DNA of 37,730 bases from a virus (IMGVR_UViG_3300009502_000023:1-37730); one strand, 5' to 3'. Counted from the stretch's first letter, positions 17,479-26,714 are shown. A program made the numbers and translations. The notes: generated by a model not told the origin, from the letters alone.

Positions 17479-18171
17479 ATGCATAAATGTGAAATATGTA
17501 AAAAAATATTTGAACATAAAATGGCTCTTGCCGGCCATAAAAGAATACACAACGGTAAACCATCACCAACCCGAAAAAAATATTCTCTTGGTGATAAAAA
17601 TTTAGAACATTATATATGTCAATACTGTGGATATAAATCAAATTCTGGATTATCTTTGGGGGGTCATGTTGCTAATTGTAAATTAAATCCTTGTATGGTT
17701 ACAAAAAAAGAAAAATTTAGTAAAGCTATGAAAGGAAGATTTTGGTCAGAAGAAAGAAAACAAGCACATCGAGAGGCTATGCGTCGATGTGTATTATCTG
17801 GAAATCAAAGAACACCATCACCCGGAGGAATAACCAGGGGAACTTGGTTTACTGATAGGTTTGGAAAAAAATGTTATTTACATGGTAGTTGGGAAGTTGC
17901 TGTTGCTAAATTTTTTGATTCAGTAGAATTATCATGGACACGAAATAAAATTGGATTTGATTATGTATATGAAGGAAAAATACATAGATATTTTCCAGAT
18001 TTTTATTTAAACGATTTAGATTGTTATATAGAAGTAAAAGGTTTTGAAACAGAAAAAGATCGATCGAAGTGGAAACAATTTCAAAGTAAACTTTCTATTA
18101 TTAAATATGAAGAATATCAAAATTTGAATTTGTGGTTAGAAAATTTAAATGTTAAATATAAAGGAAAGTGA
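17479..18171 (+). mobile_element. homing-endonuclease-like gene (C2H2 fingers + TnsA-like PD-(D/E)xK nuclease)
   Basis: CEICKK..H..IH, CQYCG; HGSWEVAVAKFFD, HRYFPDFYL, YIEVKG. Confidence 0.8.
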
Positions 18172-18172
18172 T

Positions 18173-18301
18173 ATGTCATACTCTATATTGTTATTCATAT
18201 TATTTTTAACCGGTATGCTTTTAACCGGAGATTGTTTTATCAAAGCATCAGCATCTAAAAGTAATCCCATATGGTTTCTTATGATCACAGGATTACTTTA
18301 G
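18173..18301 (+). CDS. small membrane protein (42 aa)
   Basis: MSYSILLFILFLTGMLLTG...IWFLMITGLL*. Confidence 0.4.
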   Translation: MSYSILLFILFLTGMLLTGDCFIKASASKSNPIWFLMITGLL

Positions 18302-18352
18302 CTACTCATATTAGTACTAGAAATATTAGACTCGCTTAAAGGAATTTAATCA

Positions 18353-18943
18353 ATGCAAGAATTACTTTCTTTCTGGAAGGATGTACCTGTGACAGCTCTT
18401 AAACCCGCAGAAATTTTCTTTGATGGATATTTCAAAGGCAAACCTCGTCCTACATGCAATGATAAAGAAGTTAAGCTTCTTGTTGTTGAAGCTATTATGC
18501 CTGAAATTTTACAGTGGTTGGGTGAGACTCATGATTTTGATAATGATAAAGAAGAAGTCACAAAACAACTTCTTGAAACAATTGCATATCATAAAGATGG
18601 TTATGAAATGGCAAAAGATTTAGACGACAATGAAAGTTGGGCAAGTAATTCAGAACTAGTTGATGTCTTAGATGGTCTTGGTTTTCGAAACGTACTCGAT
18701 AAAGTAACATTATTATGGATCAAAGATAATGATGTAAAACCACTTTTTAAAGTTGGCGACAAGGTTCAAGTTAATGGTAAAGATGTAAGCGGAAGAGCAG
18801 CTAAGAAGATCTATAATGGCGAGATTACAGCAATTCAACCAACAGGAACATATACAGTATTCATTGAAGAATTGGGTCATGTTCGAACCGGTAATGGATC
18901 ACATGGTAATATTCTCAATTGGGAAAAAGTTGATAATATCTAA
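18353..18943 (+). CDS. hypothetical protein with possible C-terminal SH3/KOW-like segment
   Basis: AAGGA RBS; FKVGDKVQV...GEITAI. Confidence 0.7.
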   Translation: MQELLSFWKDVPVTALKPAEIFFDGYFKGKPRPTCNDKEVKLLVVEAIMPEILQWLGETHDFDNDKEEVTKQLLETIAYHKDGYEMAKDLDDNESWASNSELVDVLDGLGFRNVLDKVTLLWIKDNDVKPLFKVGDKVQVNGKDVSGRAAKKIYNGEITAIQPTGTYTVFIEELGHVRTGNGSHGNILNWEKVDNI

Positions 18944-18993
18944 AGAATCAATGATATGATTTTTAGAACAAAATATATGAAAGGTAATAAGTT

Positions 18994-19395
18994 ATGAAGA
19001 AAATAATAATGATGATTCCGATTGTAATACTACTTCTTTCCACTGGTTGTATTTCAGATAATGCAACCCATGGACAATCTAATGGTGGTTATGCTGCTGT
19101 AACTCCATCTAGTCTTGTTCTTGGATATGGAAGTTTTTCATTCATGCACCAAGATATTGTACCTGGTCAGGGAATGCATTATCATTCTGCACAATATGGT
19201 ATGACAACATCAAACCTATGGTATACAGAAGATATGACCATTATGCCTTTGACTAGTGGTTCAGCTACAGTTACACATGAAAATAAACCATTACTTCAAC
19301 TTGGTGGTTTTCGAATAGATAACCCATTCTCGAGTCCGGTAACGACTATCGAGATGGTTCCTGATTCTACTTCGACTAATACTATAAAGAAGTAA
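18994..19395 (+). CDS. putative lipoprotein
   Basis: MKK + hydrophobic stretch + lipobox LSTGC. Confidence 0.7.
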   Translation: MKKIIMMIPIVILLLSTGCISDNATHGQSNGGYAAVTPSSLVLGYGSFSFMHQDIVPGQGMHYHSAQYGMTTSNLWYTEDMTIMPLTSGSATVTHENKPLLQLGGFRIDNPFSSPVTTIEMVPDSTSTNTIKK

Positions 19396-19426
19396 CTTTT
19401 AGAATTATCGCTACCGGTTCACTCAA

Positions 19427-19502
19427 GGACCGGTGGCGCAATGGTTAACGCAGGATTCTTATAAAGTCAAGATTGTTGGTTCAAATCCAACCCGGTCCAC
19501 CA
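19427..19502 (+). tRNA. tRNA-Ile(UAU)
   Basis: GGACCGG/CCGGTCC, loop CTTATAA, GTTGG-TTCAAAT-CCAAC, A73, CCA. Confidence 0.9.
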
Positions 19503-19531
19503 CGTCGAAGGAGATAATATAAAGATCAATT

Positions 19532-19711
19532 ATGAATATCAAATTATATACTAAAATCAGTAACTGTAAGAAGTGTGGATCAGAAGCAGCATTACAAAGA
19601 AGTGAAACTTTACTTTCAATTAGAGTAAAGTGCAGCAAATGTGATAACGCAACACCATTTGAATGTTTTTCTCCTGAAGCCATTGCTGATTGGGAAAGAA
19701 AGAATAAATGA
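19532..19711 (+). CDS. Lar-like zinc-ribbon protein (59 aa, missed by the ORF track)
   Basis: CKKCG...VKCSKC...EAIADWERKNK, the pattern of Lar-family proteins; ATGA overlap with the next gene. Confidence 0.55.
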   Translation: MNIKLYTKISNCKKCGSEAALQRSETLLSIRVKCSKCDNATPFECFSPEAIADWERKNK

Positions 19712-19980
19712 AACTGTTTGAAAAGGGATGGAAGAAAGTTGGAAAAGATTTTGAAAGAGATGGTCGAATTTCCTGTTCTCTTCATTTTCAAAAATCATTT
19801 TGTGGATTAGGACTTGGGTGTGAAAAATACTATGGTTGTAGTAATGATATAACTGAACAGTATATTGTTTATAATTTCAAGTTCTATCTTGGTCCTTTGA
19901 TTTTCAACGGAACAATCTGTGGTGATTCTTTTCCGCTTAAAATATCTAATGATGATCTGTACGAAAACAATATGAACTGA
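19708..19980 (+). CDS. hypothetical protein
   Basis: 90-aa ORF. Confidence 0.6.
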   Translation: MKLFEKGWKKVGKDFERDGRISCSLHFQKSFCGLGLGCEKYYGCSNDITEQYIVYNFKFYLGPLIFNGTICGDSFPLKISNDDLYENNMN

Positions 19981-19994
19981 GATAGGAAGTTGTT

Positions 19995-20339
19995 ATGCCA
20001 AACACTAAAGAACTAGGAAAGATTACATCTGTTCATTTTGGACTTGGTGGATATCAAGATTGTCAACTTGGATTATCTCTTAGTTTCGAAGGTAAGAATG
20101 GTTGGGGTTGTGGTGTATTTATTGGTAACTGGGATGTAAATTCAATCAAACACAGTAAGGGTTGCAAGTGGACTGAGAAAGATCGAAAGAAATGGCATGA
20201 TGAATTATGCCGAAAAGTTTCTGAAATCTTAAAACAAGCTAAAGTAAATGATGTTTCAAAACTTTTAAATATTCCGGTTGAAGTTGAATTTGAATTTAAT
20301 ACGTTGAAGAATTGGCGTATTCTGGAGGAAGTACTGTGA
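19995..20339 (+). CDS. hypothetical phage protein
   Basis: AGGAAG RBS; 114 aa. Confidence 0.75.
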   Translation: MPNTKELGKITSVHFGLGGYQDCQLGLSLSFEGKNGWGCGVFIGNWDVNSIKHSKGCKWTEKDRKKWHDELCRKVSEILKQAKVNDVSKLLNIPVEVEFEFNTLKNWRILEEVL

Positions 20340-20788
20340 GTAGTGGAATGAATTGCAATTGTAAAAAATTAATTACTTTCTGTTTTGAAATTGAAACTGA
20401 TATCAGAACTAACTATCGAAAAGATCTTGTTAAAAGATATAAGGGGTGGTTTGGTACTGAATGCACTCTTCGAAATATTAAGTTTTTAGCTAAAATTTTC
20501 AAATGGAAAAATGAATCTCCTCTTACTCCAGAAATTGAAAAGAATATGATCGAAAACTCCAATGATCCAATACCTAAATTTATGAGTGAGTTTGCTAAAA
20601 GAACAGATTTATCGATAGTTTATCGATCAGAAATGATTGTTCATGAAATTGCAGTAAAATTAAAAACTGTTGCAAATGCATGTTCAGAAGAAAAAATGTT
20701 TATTTCTGTTAATGATATGTATACTTTACTTGAGTATAAAGCAAAGATGAATGAGAGAAAATGGAAAGAAATACCATGTCAATCGTAG
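20336..20788 (+). CDS. hypothetical protein
   Basis: GTG start after GGAGG, GTGA overlap. Confidence 0.6.
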   Translation: MSSGMNCNCKKLITFCFEIETDIRTNYRKDLVKRYKGWFGTECTLRNIKFLAKIFKWKNESPLTPEIEKNMIENSNDPIPKFMSEFAKRTDLSIVYRSEMIVHEIAVKLKTVANACSEEKMFISVNDMYTLLEYKAKMNERKWKEIPCQS

Positions 20789-20949
20789 ATAAAATTATCA
20801 AAGATCTTGAAGAAGAAGGAATTGAATTGATGGTTTTTGATAATCGACCAAGGTATGGTGATACTACATCTTGGGAAAGAGCAGATAAAGAAGCAGCAAG
20901 AAAGATTATTGCTAAATCAATTGCTGATTATATCTTGAAGAAGGATTAG
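20776..20949 (+). CDS. hypothetical protein
   Basis: MSIVDKII...; start uncertain. Confidence 0.55.
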   Translation: MSIVDKIIKDLEEEGIELMVFDNRPRYGDTTSWERADKEAARKIIAKSIADYILKKD

Positions 20950-20978
20950 TTATTTTGATTTTAGAAAAAATTATAAAT

Positions 20979-21053
20979 TCAGGGATAGCTCAACGGTAGA
21001 GTACGAAACTGTTAATTTCGGCGTTGGAGGTTCAAATCCTCCTCCCTGAGCCA
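20979..21053 (+). tRNA. tRNA-Asn(GUU)
   Basis: TCAGGGA/TCCCTGA, CGAAA-CTGTTAA-TTTCG, CCA. Confidence 0.95.
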
Positions 21054-21145
21054 GCTTTTCGACAAACTCAAAACCTTATGGTTTTGACAAGGCTTCGAGC
21101 CACGTGGGCCAGTTTAATCACGGGGCATCTTATTCTGGATAAATT

Positions 21146-21361
21146 ATGGCAGATCTAAATTGCAAAAAATGTGGTAAGTTTATGGGTACTCTTGAAAAGG
21201 GTGTGCTCCGTAATGGCTATGTTATTTTATGCAGTCAATGTTGGGATCGAGCAGATTCAGCAATTCAAATGGCTGAGTTTGCAATATACTCAACAGCAGA
21301 TCAAGGTACGCCAGATTTTATCAAGGATCTTTTTGGGAGTTTTAACAAAGGTACAAAATGA
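21146..21361 (+). CDS. zinc-ribbon protein
   Basis: CKKCG and CSQC pairs. Confidence 0.65.
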   Translation: MADLNCKKCGKFMGTLEKGVLRNGYVILCSQCWDRADSAIQMAEFAIYSTADQGTPDFIKDLFGSFNKGTK

Positions 21362-21494
21362 AAAAACAAACCATTAAAAAATCCAAATTGAAAAAGTTAT
21401 TGAGACCCATGTTTACAAGTACTATTATGTTTGGTTATGCAACTGAAAAACAAGTAGACAATCTTTTAGATACTGCACTTTCAAAAGGTTCAAA

Positions 21495-21956
21495 ATGAAA
21501 AAACTCACAGTAACTTTAATGTGCGGTATTCCTGGTAGTGGTAAATCAACCTGGATTAAGAACAATAAAAAATCAAATGTTGATGTTGTTTCTTTAGATG
21601 AGATTCGAAAAACAGTGTATGGTCATCAATATCATAAAGATGCTGATGTTTGGATTCTTGCTTTTTCAACATCGATGGCTTCATTATTGCTTAAACAGAA
21701 CAGAAGTATCATTATTGACGCCACTAATATTTTACCTTTTATGAGAGATACTTGGCGCAAACTTGCTAACCAATATGGTGCTGTCACCGAAATGATATGT
21801 TTCGAGATTCCATTAAAAGTATGTATTGAAAGAAATAATAAACGACCAAAGAAACAACGTGTACCGACCAGAATATTAAAACAATTTGCAGCGGCATATA
21901 GCCCACCAATTCTTTCGTATGAACCTTATGATAAGATTGTTTATATAAAAGAATAA
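21495..21956 (+). CDS. P-loop kinase, polynucleotide-kinase-like (AAA_33 type)
   Basis: MCGIPGSGKSTW, DEIR, IIIDATN, CIERN..R. Confidence 0.85.
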   Translation: MKKLTVTLMCGIPGSGKSTWIKNNKKSNVDVVSLDEIRKTVYGHQYHKDADVWILAFSTSMASLLLKQNRSIIIDATNILPFMRDTWRKLANQYGAVTEMICFEIPLKVCIERNNKRPKKQRVPTRILKQFAAAYSPPILSYEPYDKIVYIKE

Positions 21957-21962
21957 ATTGTT

Positions 21963-22760
21963 TTAATTTGGTATTTCTTTAAGAAACAAAAGAAATTCTT
22001 TAAACCTTTGAATTTCTTTATCAGGATTAGAAAGAAATTCTTGTTCTGGGATGTAGTAAATCATACACCCCAACTTCCAAGCAATTCTCAATTCTCGTTT
22101 TTGATCTTTCTCACTTAACTCACCATTTGATTTAAAATGATGTGGTTCAAGAACATCAATACATAAGTTATATTTCTTGATATACCCATCTGGAAATTTT
22201 CCTACTTTCTTAGATGTGGTGTGGTCATTTCTGAGAATTTCTTCACCCGATTCGGTTTGAATACGATTGAGAATGGATGTTTCATTATTTCCTATACATG
22301 GATACATTGGTTCACCATTAAACGATTGCCGTTCTACTCGTTTAATTTGACCAAGACTTAATTTTAATTTATGTTCTTCTGTTAGATTCTTTCCTGTTTT
22401 TACTAGAGACATCTTCAATTTAGTTTCAACAGAATGTTTCTTAACCCCGCCACTATGGTTTTTAGATATTTTTAATGTGGTTTCTTTTGATGATTTCTTA
22501 CCTTTTGACCAAGCAACTTTTCCTCTGCAACAGTGCCCGTTTAAAAACCTATTCTTTTTATTAATTGTTTCTCTTCCACATCCACACTCGCATAATTTTA
22601 TTTTTAATTCTTGAGAAATATGAAGTCCGATATGCGCATTATGCATTTTTAATTTAGTTTTTTCGGAAAGTATTCTTCTTCTGCTGTTATGTCCATTTAT
22701 AAATCTGTGTTTTTCACCAACAACTTCTTTACCACAACCACACTCACACATTTTACTCAT
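21963..22760 (-). mobile_element. homing-endonuclease-like gene (CECGCG repeats, NUMOD3-like repeats, Vsr/DUF559-like nuclease)
   Basis: MSKMCECGCG twice; HS.ETKLKMS repeats; GKFPDGY..CIDVLEPHH. Start reset to 22760. Confidence 0.75.
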
Positions 22761-22929
22761 GATTCTCTTCACCATTAATTTGTTGAATACCATTCTTTTC
22801 TTCTAGAAAAACAATGGCTTCTTCAATAAGACGATAGATTTTCTTTCCGGTTACATCAGAAAGTTTTTTCAGACGTGTATGCCAATTTGTTTGAATCAGA
22901 ATACTTCTCCAATGAATCGATGTTGACAT
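22753..22929 (-). CDS. ribbon-helix-helix-like DNA-binding protein (58 aa, missed by the ORF track)
   Basis: AAGGAGG RBS; SILIQTNWHTRLKKLSDVTGKKIYRLIEEAIVFL; stop overlaps the endonuclease start. Confidence 0.6.
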   Translation of the reverse strand: MSTSIHWRSILIQTNWHTRLKKLSDVTGKKIYRLIEEAIVFLEEKNGIQQINGEENHE

Positions 22930-23022
22930 GAATCCTCCTTATAATAATTTATAATTTATTCGGATTGATTTTCAAAACGAAATCAAAAATACTTCCTTAG
23001 AATAAAATAAAAGGATTATTAA

Positions 23023-24021
23023 ATGACTAAAACAATTCTGTTTGACACCCATTGTCACGTATTCAATGGCAGTATTATTCAGGATATGATTCATCTTCCA
23101 CCAATCTTAGATGGTGTGATGAATTTAACATCAAAAGAAACAATGTTAAAAGGTTGGTCTGGATATATATCTCAGACAGCTGGAATCTTTGTTGATTCTG
23201 AAGTTGCAAATAATGAATATCTTACAAAGACAACGTTGAAACATTTTCCGAATGCTTCTGCTTGTGCAACTGTACCATTAATGATGGACATTCATTACTT
23301 ATTTTCTGATTCAATGCAAGCGGGTCAACCAGCACTTGATGGTGTTTATAGTGTTGACAATCTTCAAAATCAAATTGATGATTTACGATATCTTTCTGCA
23401 AGAGGGAATTGTTATCCTTTCTTTGCTGTAGATACTCGAAGAGCAGGAGTTGTTGAATCTATCATTGATGGAGAACATGTTACAAAGACAGCTGGAAGAT
23501 TCTTTGGTGTGAAGATGTATCCAAGACTCGGGTATCATCCAATGGCTGGAACTCTACCTGCAATGTATGAATATTGCGCATCAAAGAATATTCCAATTAT
23601 GACTCATTGTTCAGGAACTGGTTTCCCAACATGGCCATCTTCATCAGATAAATTTTGTAGTCCAGAAAACTTTAGACCAGCACTTGAAGCGAATCCAACT
23701 TTGAGAATTGATTTTGCTCATTTTGGTTGGAGTAAACCAGACTGGGCTAACAGTATTATTGATATGATGTCGAAGTACCCAAATGTATATTCGGATCTAT
23801 CATGCTATACTAGTATGAGCAATTTAAATGATTTTAAGAAAGCATATTGGAATATTGATATCGTCAAGCAGCGTACTATATACGGAAGTGATTATGATAT
23901 TTTTTACTTCACAGAAACAGGTACTGACTTAGATGATTATATCAATAATTTTCAGAAAGCTTTTACTACAGAAGAACTAAATAATATGATGACTGTACTT
24001 CCTGAAAGATATCTATTTTAG
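23023..24021 (+). CDS. amidohydrolase-family TIM-barrel metallohydrolase
   Basis: DTHCH, GVKMYP.LGY.P, THCS, AHFG, YSDLS, YGSDY. Confidence 0.85.
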   Translation: MTKTILFDTHCHVFNGSIIQDMIHLPPILDGVMNLTSKETMLKGWSGYISQTAGIFVDSEVANNEYLTKTTLKHFPNASACATVPLMMDIHYLFSDSMQAGQPALDGVYSVDNLQNQIDDLRYLSARGNCYPFFAVDTRRAGVVESIIDGEHVTKTAGRFFGVKMYPRLGYHPMAGTLPAMYEYCASKNIPIMTHCSGTGFPTWPSSSDKFCSPENFRPALEANPTLRIDFAHFGWSKPDWANSIIDMMSKYPNVYSDLSCYTSMSNLNDFKKAYWNIDIVKQRTIYGSDYDIFYFTETGTDLDDYINNFQKAFTTEELNNMMTVLPERYLF

Positions 24022-24130
24022 AAAAAAATATGTATAAACCGGACAGTAATGACCCCTATCCTCATCGGCACTTATGGGAAGAATATGAGGACAAGGATAA
24101 AAGAACAGGTAAAAAGAAACTGGTAGAAAA

Positions 24131-24448
24131 ATGCAAATTTTGTCATATAGTAAGAGATTCACAAAAAAAGTAATATTACTAACATTGTTAGTTAATCTTA
24201 GTTTTTTGTGTGGTTGTAATGGATGTTGTTCAACCCATTCAACCGGACCATTTAAAATTGTGAACAAAATTCACAACAACCAATGGGTTGATAAAAGTGG
24301 TTCTGTTTCTGTTATTTACAGTAATCAATATTATCTTGTTGTGAGCAGAACTAATTCGTGTGGTCAGGCTGAAGTAAGAACATACCAGACTAGTTCTAAT
24401 CAATACTTTACTGTGAAAGCCGGTGATATATGGATAAAAAACCAATAA
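24131..24448 (+). CDS. putative lipoprotein
   Basis: Basic N-terminus, hydrophobic stretch, LCGC lipobox. Confidence 0.55.
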   Translation: MQILSYSKRFTKKVILLTLLVNLSFLCGCNGCCSTHSTGPFKIVNKIHNNQWVDKSGSVSVIYSNQYYLVVSRTNSCGQAEVRTYQTSSNQYFTVKAGDIWIKNQ

Positions 24449-24717
24449 GAGATATTGTAAAAGATCACAGATGGCAAAAGATTCGTGAGAGTTTATTAGG
24501 CAAATGGAAAGAAAGACCGTCGTGGTGTTGCCAGCAATTAAAAAATTATCTTGGTAAATTGACTGGTGCATCGAATGATGAGTTACGGATAATCGGAAAT
24601 TATTTGGTGGGATCTGGATTTCGTATGGGTGTGATAAAACATCCATGTATAAATCAATTGCGTAAAGAAATCTCAACTGAAATTAGTGAAAGAAAAAGTC
24701 AGGCAAGGTGGTATTAA
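24430..24717 (+). CDS. hypothetical phage protein
   Basis: 95-aa ORF. Confidence 0.7.
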   Translation: MDKKPIRDIVKDHRWQKIRESLLGKWKERPSWCCQQLKNYLGKLTGASNDELRIIGNYLVGSGFRMGVIKHPCINQLRKEISTEISERKSQARWY

Positions 24718-24720
24718 GGT

Positions 24721-24915
24721 ATGAATGAACTTGATGGTCTGCGAATGGGTCGTCGGCAACTTGAAGTTGAAATTACTCGACTTGAAAGTAAGTTAGATGA
24801 ATTGAAAGAACAGAAGAAGCAGAAGGATCGTAGAATTTCTCAGTTGACAAATTCTAACATTCCTGCCAGTACTGCAAAACCTGTAAATACTTTTGGTCCG
24901 TCACTTTTTGGTTGA
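24721..24915 (+). CDS. small coiled-coil protein
   Basis: 64 aa, heptad pattern. Confidence 0.6.
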   Translation: MNELDGLRMGRRQLEVEITRLESKLDELKEQKKQKDRRISQLTNSNIPASTAKPVNTFGPSLFG

Positions 24916-24927
24916 GGAAAAAGAAAA

Positions 24928-25164
24928 ATGAAAATTATGGTTTTGAGTGACGGTACAACTTTTACAAGTATTCATGGTTGCCAAATTGTAGAAGTCGATG
25001 AAAATTTAAACGACGACGAAATTGAAGATTGTCTTAGAATCATAAATCAAGAATATACAGATTGCTATCATGCTAAAGTTCTTGGTAGTTTTGATTGTGA
25101 TGGTGTTTTTCATGTTGGGGTTTCACCCACTAATGGAAATATGAATTCGATTAAGGTAGTATAG
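24928..25164 (+). CDS. hypothetical protein
   Basis: 78-aa ORF after GAGGA. Confidence 0.65.
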   Translation: MKIMVLSDGTTFTSIHGCQIVEVDENLNDDEIEDCLRIINQEYTDCYHAKVLGSFDCDGVFHVGVSPTNGNMNSIKVV

Positions 25165-25189
25165 AATAAATTAAAAAGATGATTATAAT

Positions 25190-25503
25190 GGGTCTGAACC
25201 GGTATCGATTTAGGAACGGCAATAGATGCTGCGTGTCGAGGTATTTGTTGGTTACCCTCGTTAAAAAGGACTGACTGCAATAACGAACAACATCGTTAGT
25301 TTCTTCCGTGCCCCCGCTCTCGCAGCGGCTTAACGGATGGGTTCCCTTGAGTGTCCAGTAGAGGATGACCCATCGACACAGGACAGATTAGTTAAGTGAA
25401 TGCTTAACAGATATCAGATATCAATTCGTCAGAAATGACTACACACGTAGATGTATCGAAAGCAGTCTTAAACACGGGAGTTCAACTCTCCCCAGATCCA
25501 CCA
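25190..25503 (+). ncRNA. ssrA: tmRNA, one-piece; tag ORF 25277-25333 AITNNIVSFFRAPALAAA*
   Basis: GGGTCTG/CAGATCC acceptor with G3.U70, T arm GGGAG-TTCAACT-CTCCC, ACCA end, pk1-like CGAGG...CCTCG-TTAAAA, tag ending LAAA. Resume codon inferred. Confidence 0.92.
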
Positions 25504-25513
25504 CTCGATTCGC

Positions 25514-25542
25514 CTCCACTATAGAATAAATTAAAAGTGGAG
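25514..25542 (+). promoter_or_regulatory. RBS-occluding hairpin with TAGAATAAATTA motif in the loop
   Basis: CTCCACT (25514-20) / AGTGGAG (25536-42), 7 perfect pairs covering GTGGAG. Confidence 0.6.
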
Positions 25543-25549
25543 TAATAAT

Positions 25550-26359
25550 ATGAAAATTGGTACTTTAAATAACGTGAAAGACAGAAAATGTAAATGGTGC
25601 AATACAGAATTTAAAAACTGTACTGGTTCTAAATTTTCTAATCATGTGAGATGGTGTAGAAAGAATCCGAATTTAGATATTCAAAAAGAAAAAGAGAATT
25701 CGAAAAAAATGGCTGAAATTTCGAATTCTAACACACACGGAATTAGACAATATCATATTGTACAATGTAATTATTGTTTTTCTTATTTTGTAGTTGAGAA
25801 AAGAGAGAAAACATTTCTTAAAAAGAAAAAATTCTTTTGTTCAATGAGTTGTAGAAATACAAGACCGCACAGTCATACAGAAGAAACAAAAAATAAAATT
25901 AGAAACCTCGTATGTAAAAACGGAAAGACACTATCCGAAAATACAAAAGATTTATGGAAAGATCCAATTTATTCTAAAAAAGTGATGGCTCATAATCCTT
26001 GTTTCACATCAAAAGGTGAACGAGAATTAAGAAATTGGTTTATTAATACTTTTTTAGAAGAAGAGTGGACTTATGGTGGCTGTTTAAGATATAATGATTT
26101 GGGTATTACCAGAGACTTATATTCCAGCAAGTTAAAAGTTAATATAGAATATGACGGCGAGTGGCACTTTAAAGATCTTGTTGGACAATTAGAATCAAAG
26201 CAACTGAAAGATCAAGCTTTGGAATCTTGGTGTATTGAGAATTGTTGGAGACTAATTAGAATTAAAGATGAGATTTATCAATCAGATCCTGAAGGTTGGA
26301 AAAACACAATTAGAAATGAAGTTCTGAATGGTACTGAACAGATAGTAAAGTTTTACTGA
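25550..26359 (+). mobile_element. homing-endonuclease-like gene (Zn fingers + Vsr/DUF559-like nuclease)
   Basis: CKWC, CNYC, FCSMSC, HTEETKNKI; RDLYSSKLKVNIEYDGEWHF, WRLIRIK. Confidence 0.75.
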
Positions 26360-26373
26360 AAAAGGAAATCTCG

Positions 26374-26700
26374 ATGCCTGTACGTTTCTGTTTCAAAAAG
26401 CCAGATGGCGAGAATGAAATGTTGAATGATATTGACGATAAGATTGCTGCATATCTTGGTGAAACTCCGAGTACAGAGTATAACCACTTCATGGATTTTA
26501 TTTCTGATATGGGTTTTGGAGTACTATATCGCATGGATGGTTGCTCTATTGATGAAGCAAAATTCAATGCTTGGTTAGCTGATATTGAAGCGAAAGAACC
26601 TGATCGATATAATGGGATTGTAAAAAGTAATAATGGTAAACTGATTCCGTGTCTTCGTAAGTTCCTTTATCAGGATTATACGTTCAAGGCATGGAGGTAA
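26374..26700 (+). CDS. hypothetical protein
   Basis: AAGGA RBS; 108 aa. Confidence 0.7.
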   Translation: MPVRFCFKKPDGENEMLNDIDDKIAAYLGETPSTEYNHFMDFISDMGFGVLYRMDGCSIDEAKFNAWLADIEAKEPDRYNGIVKSNNGKLIPCLRKFLYQDYTFKAWR

Positions 26701-26714
26701 GAATTTGATTTTAT

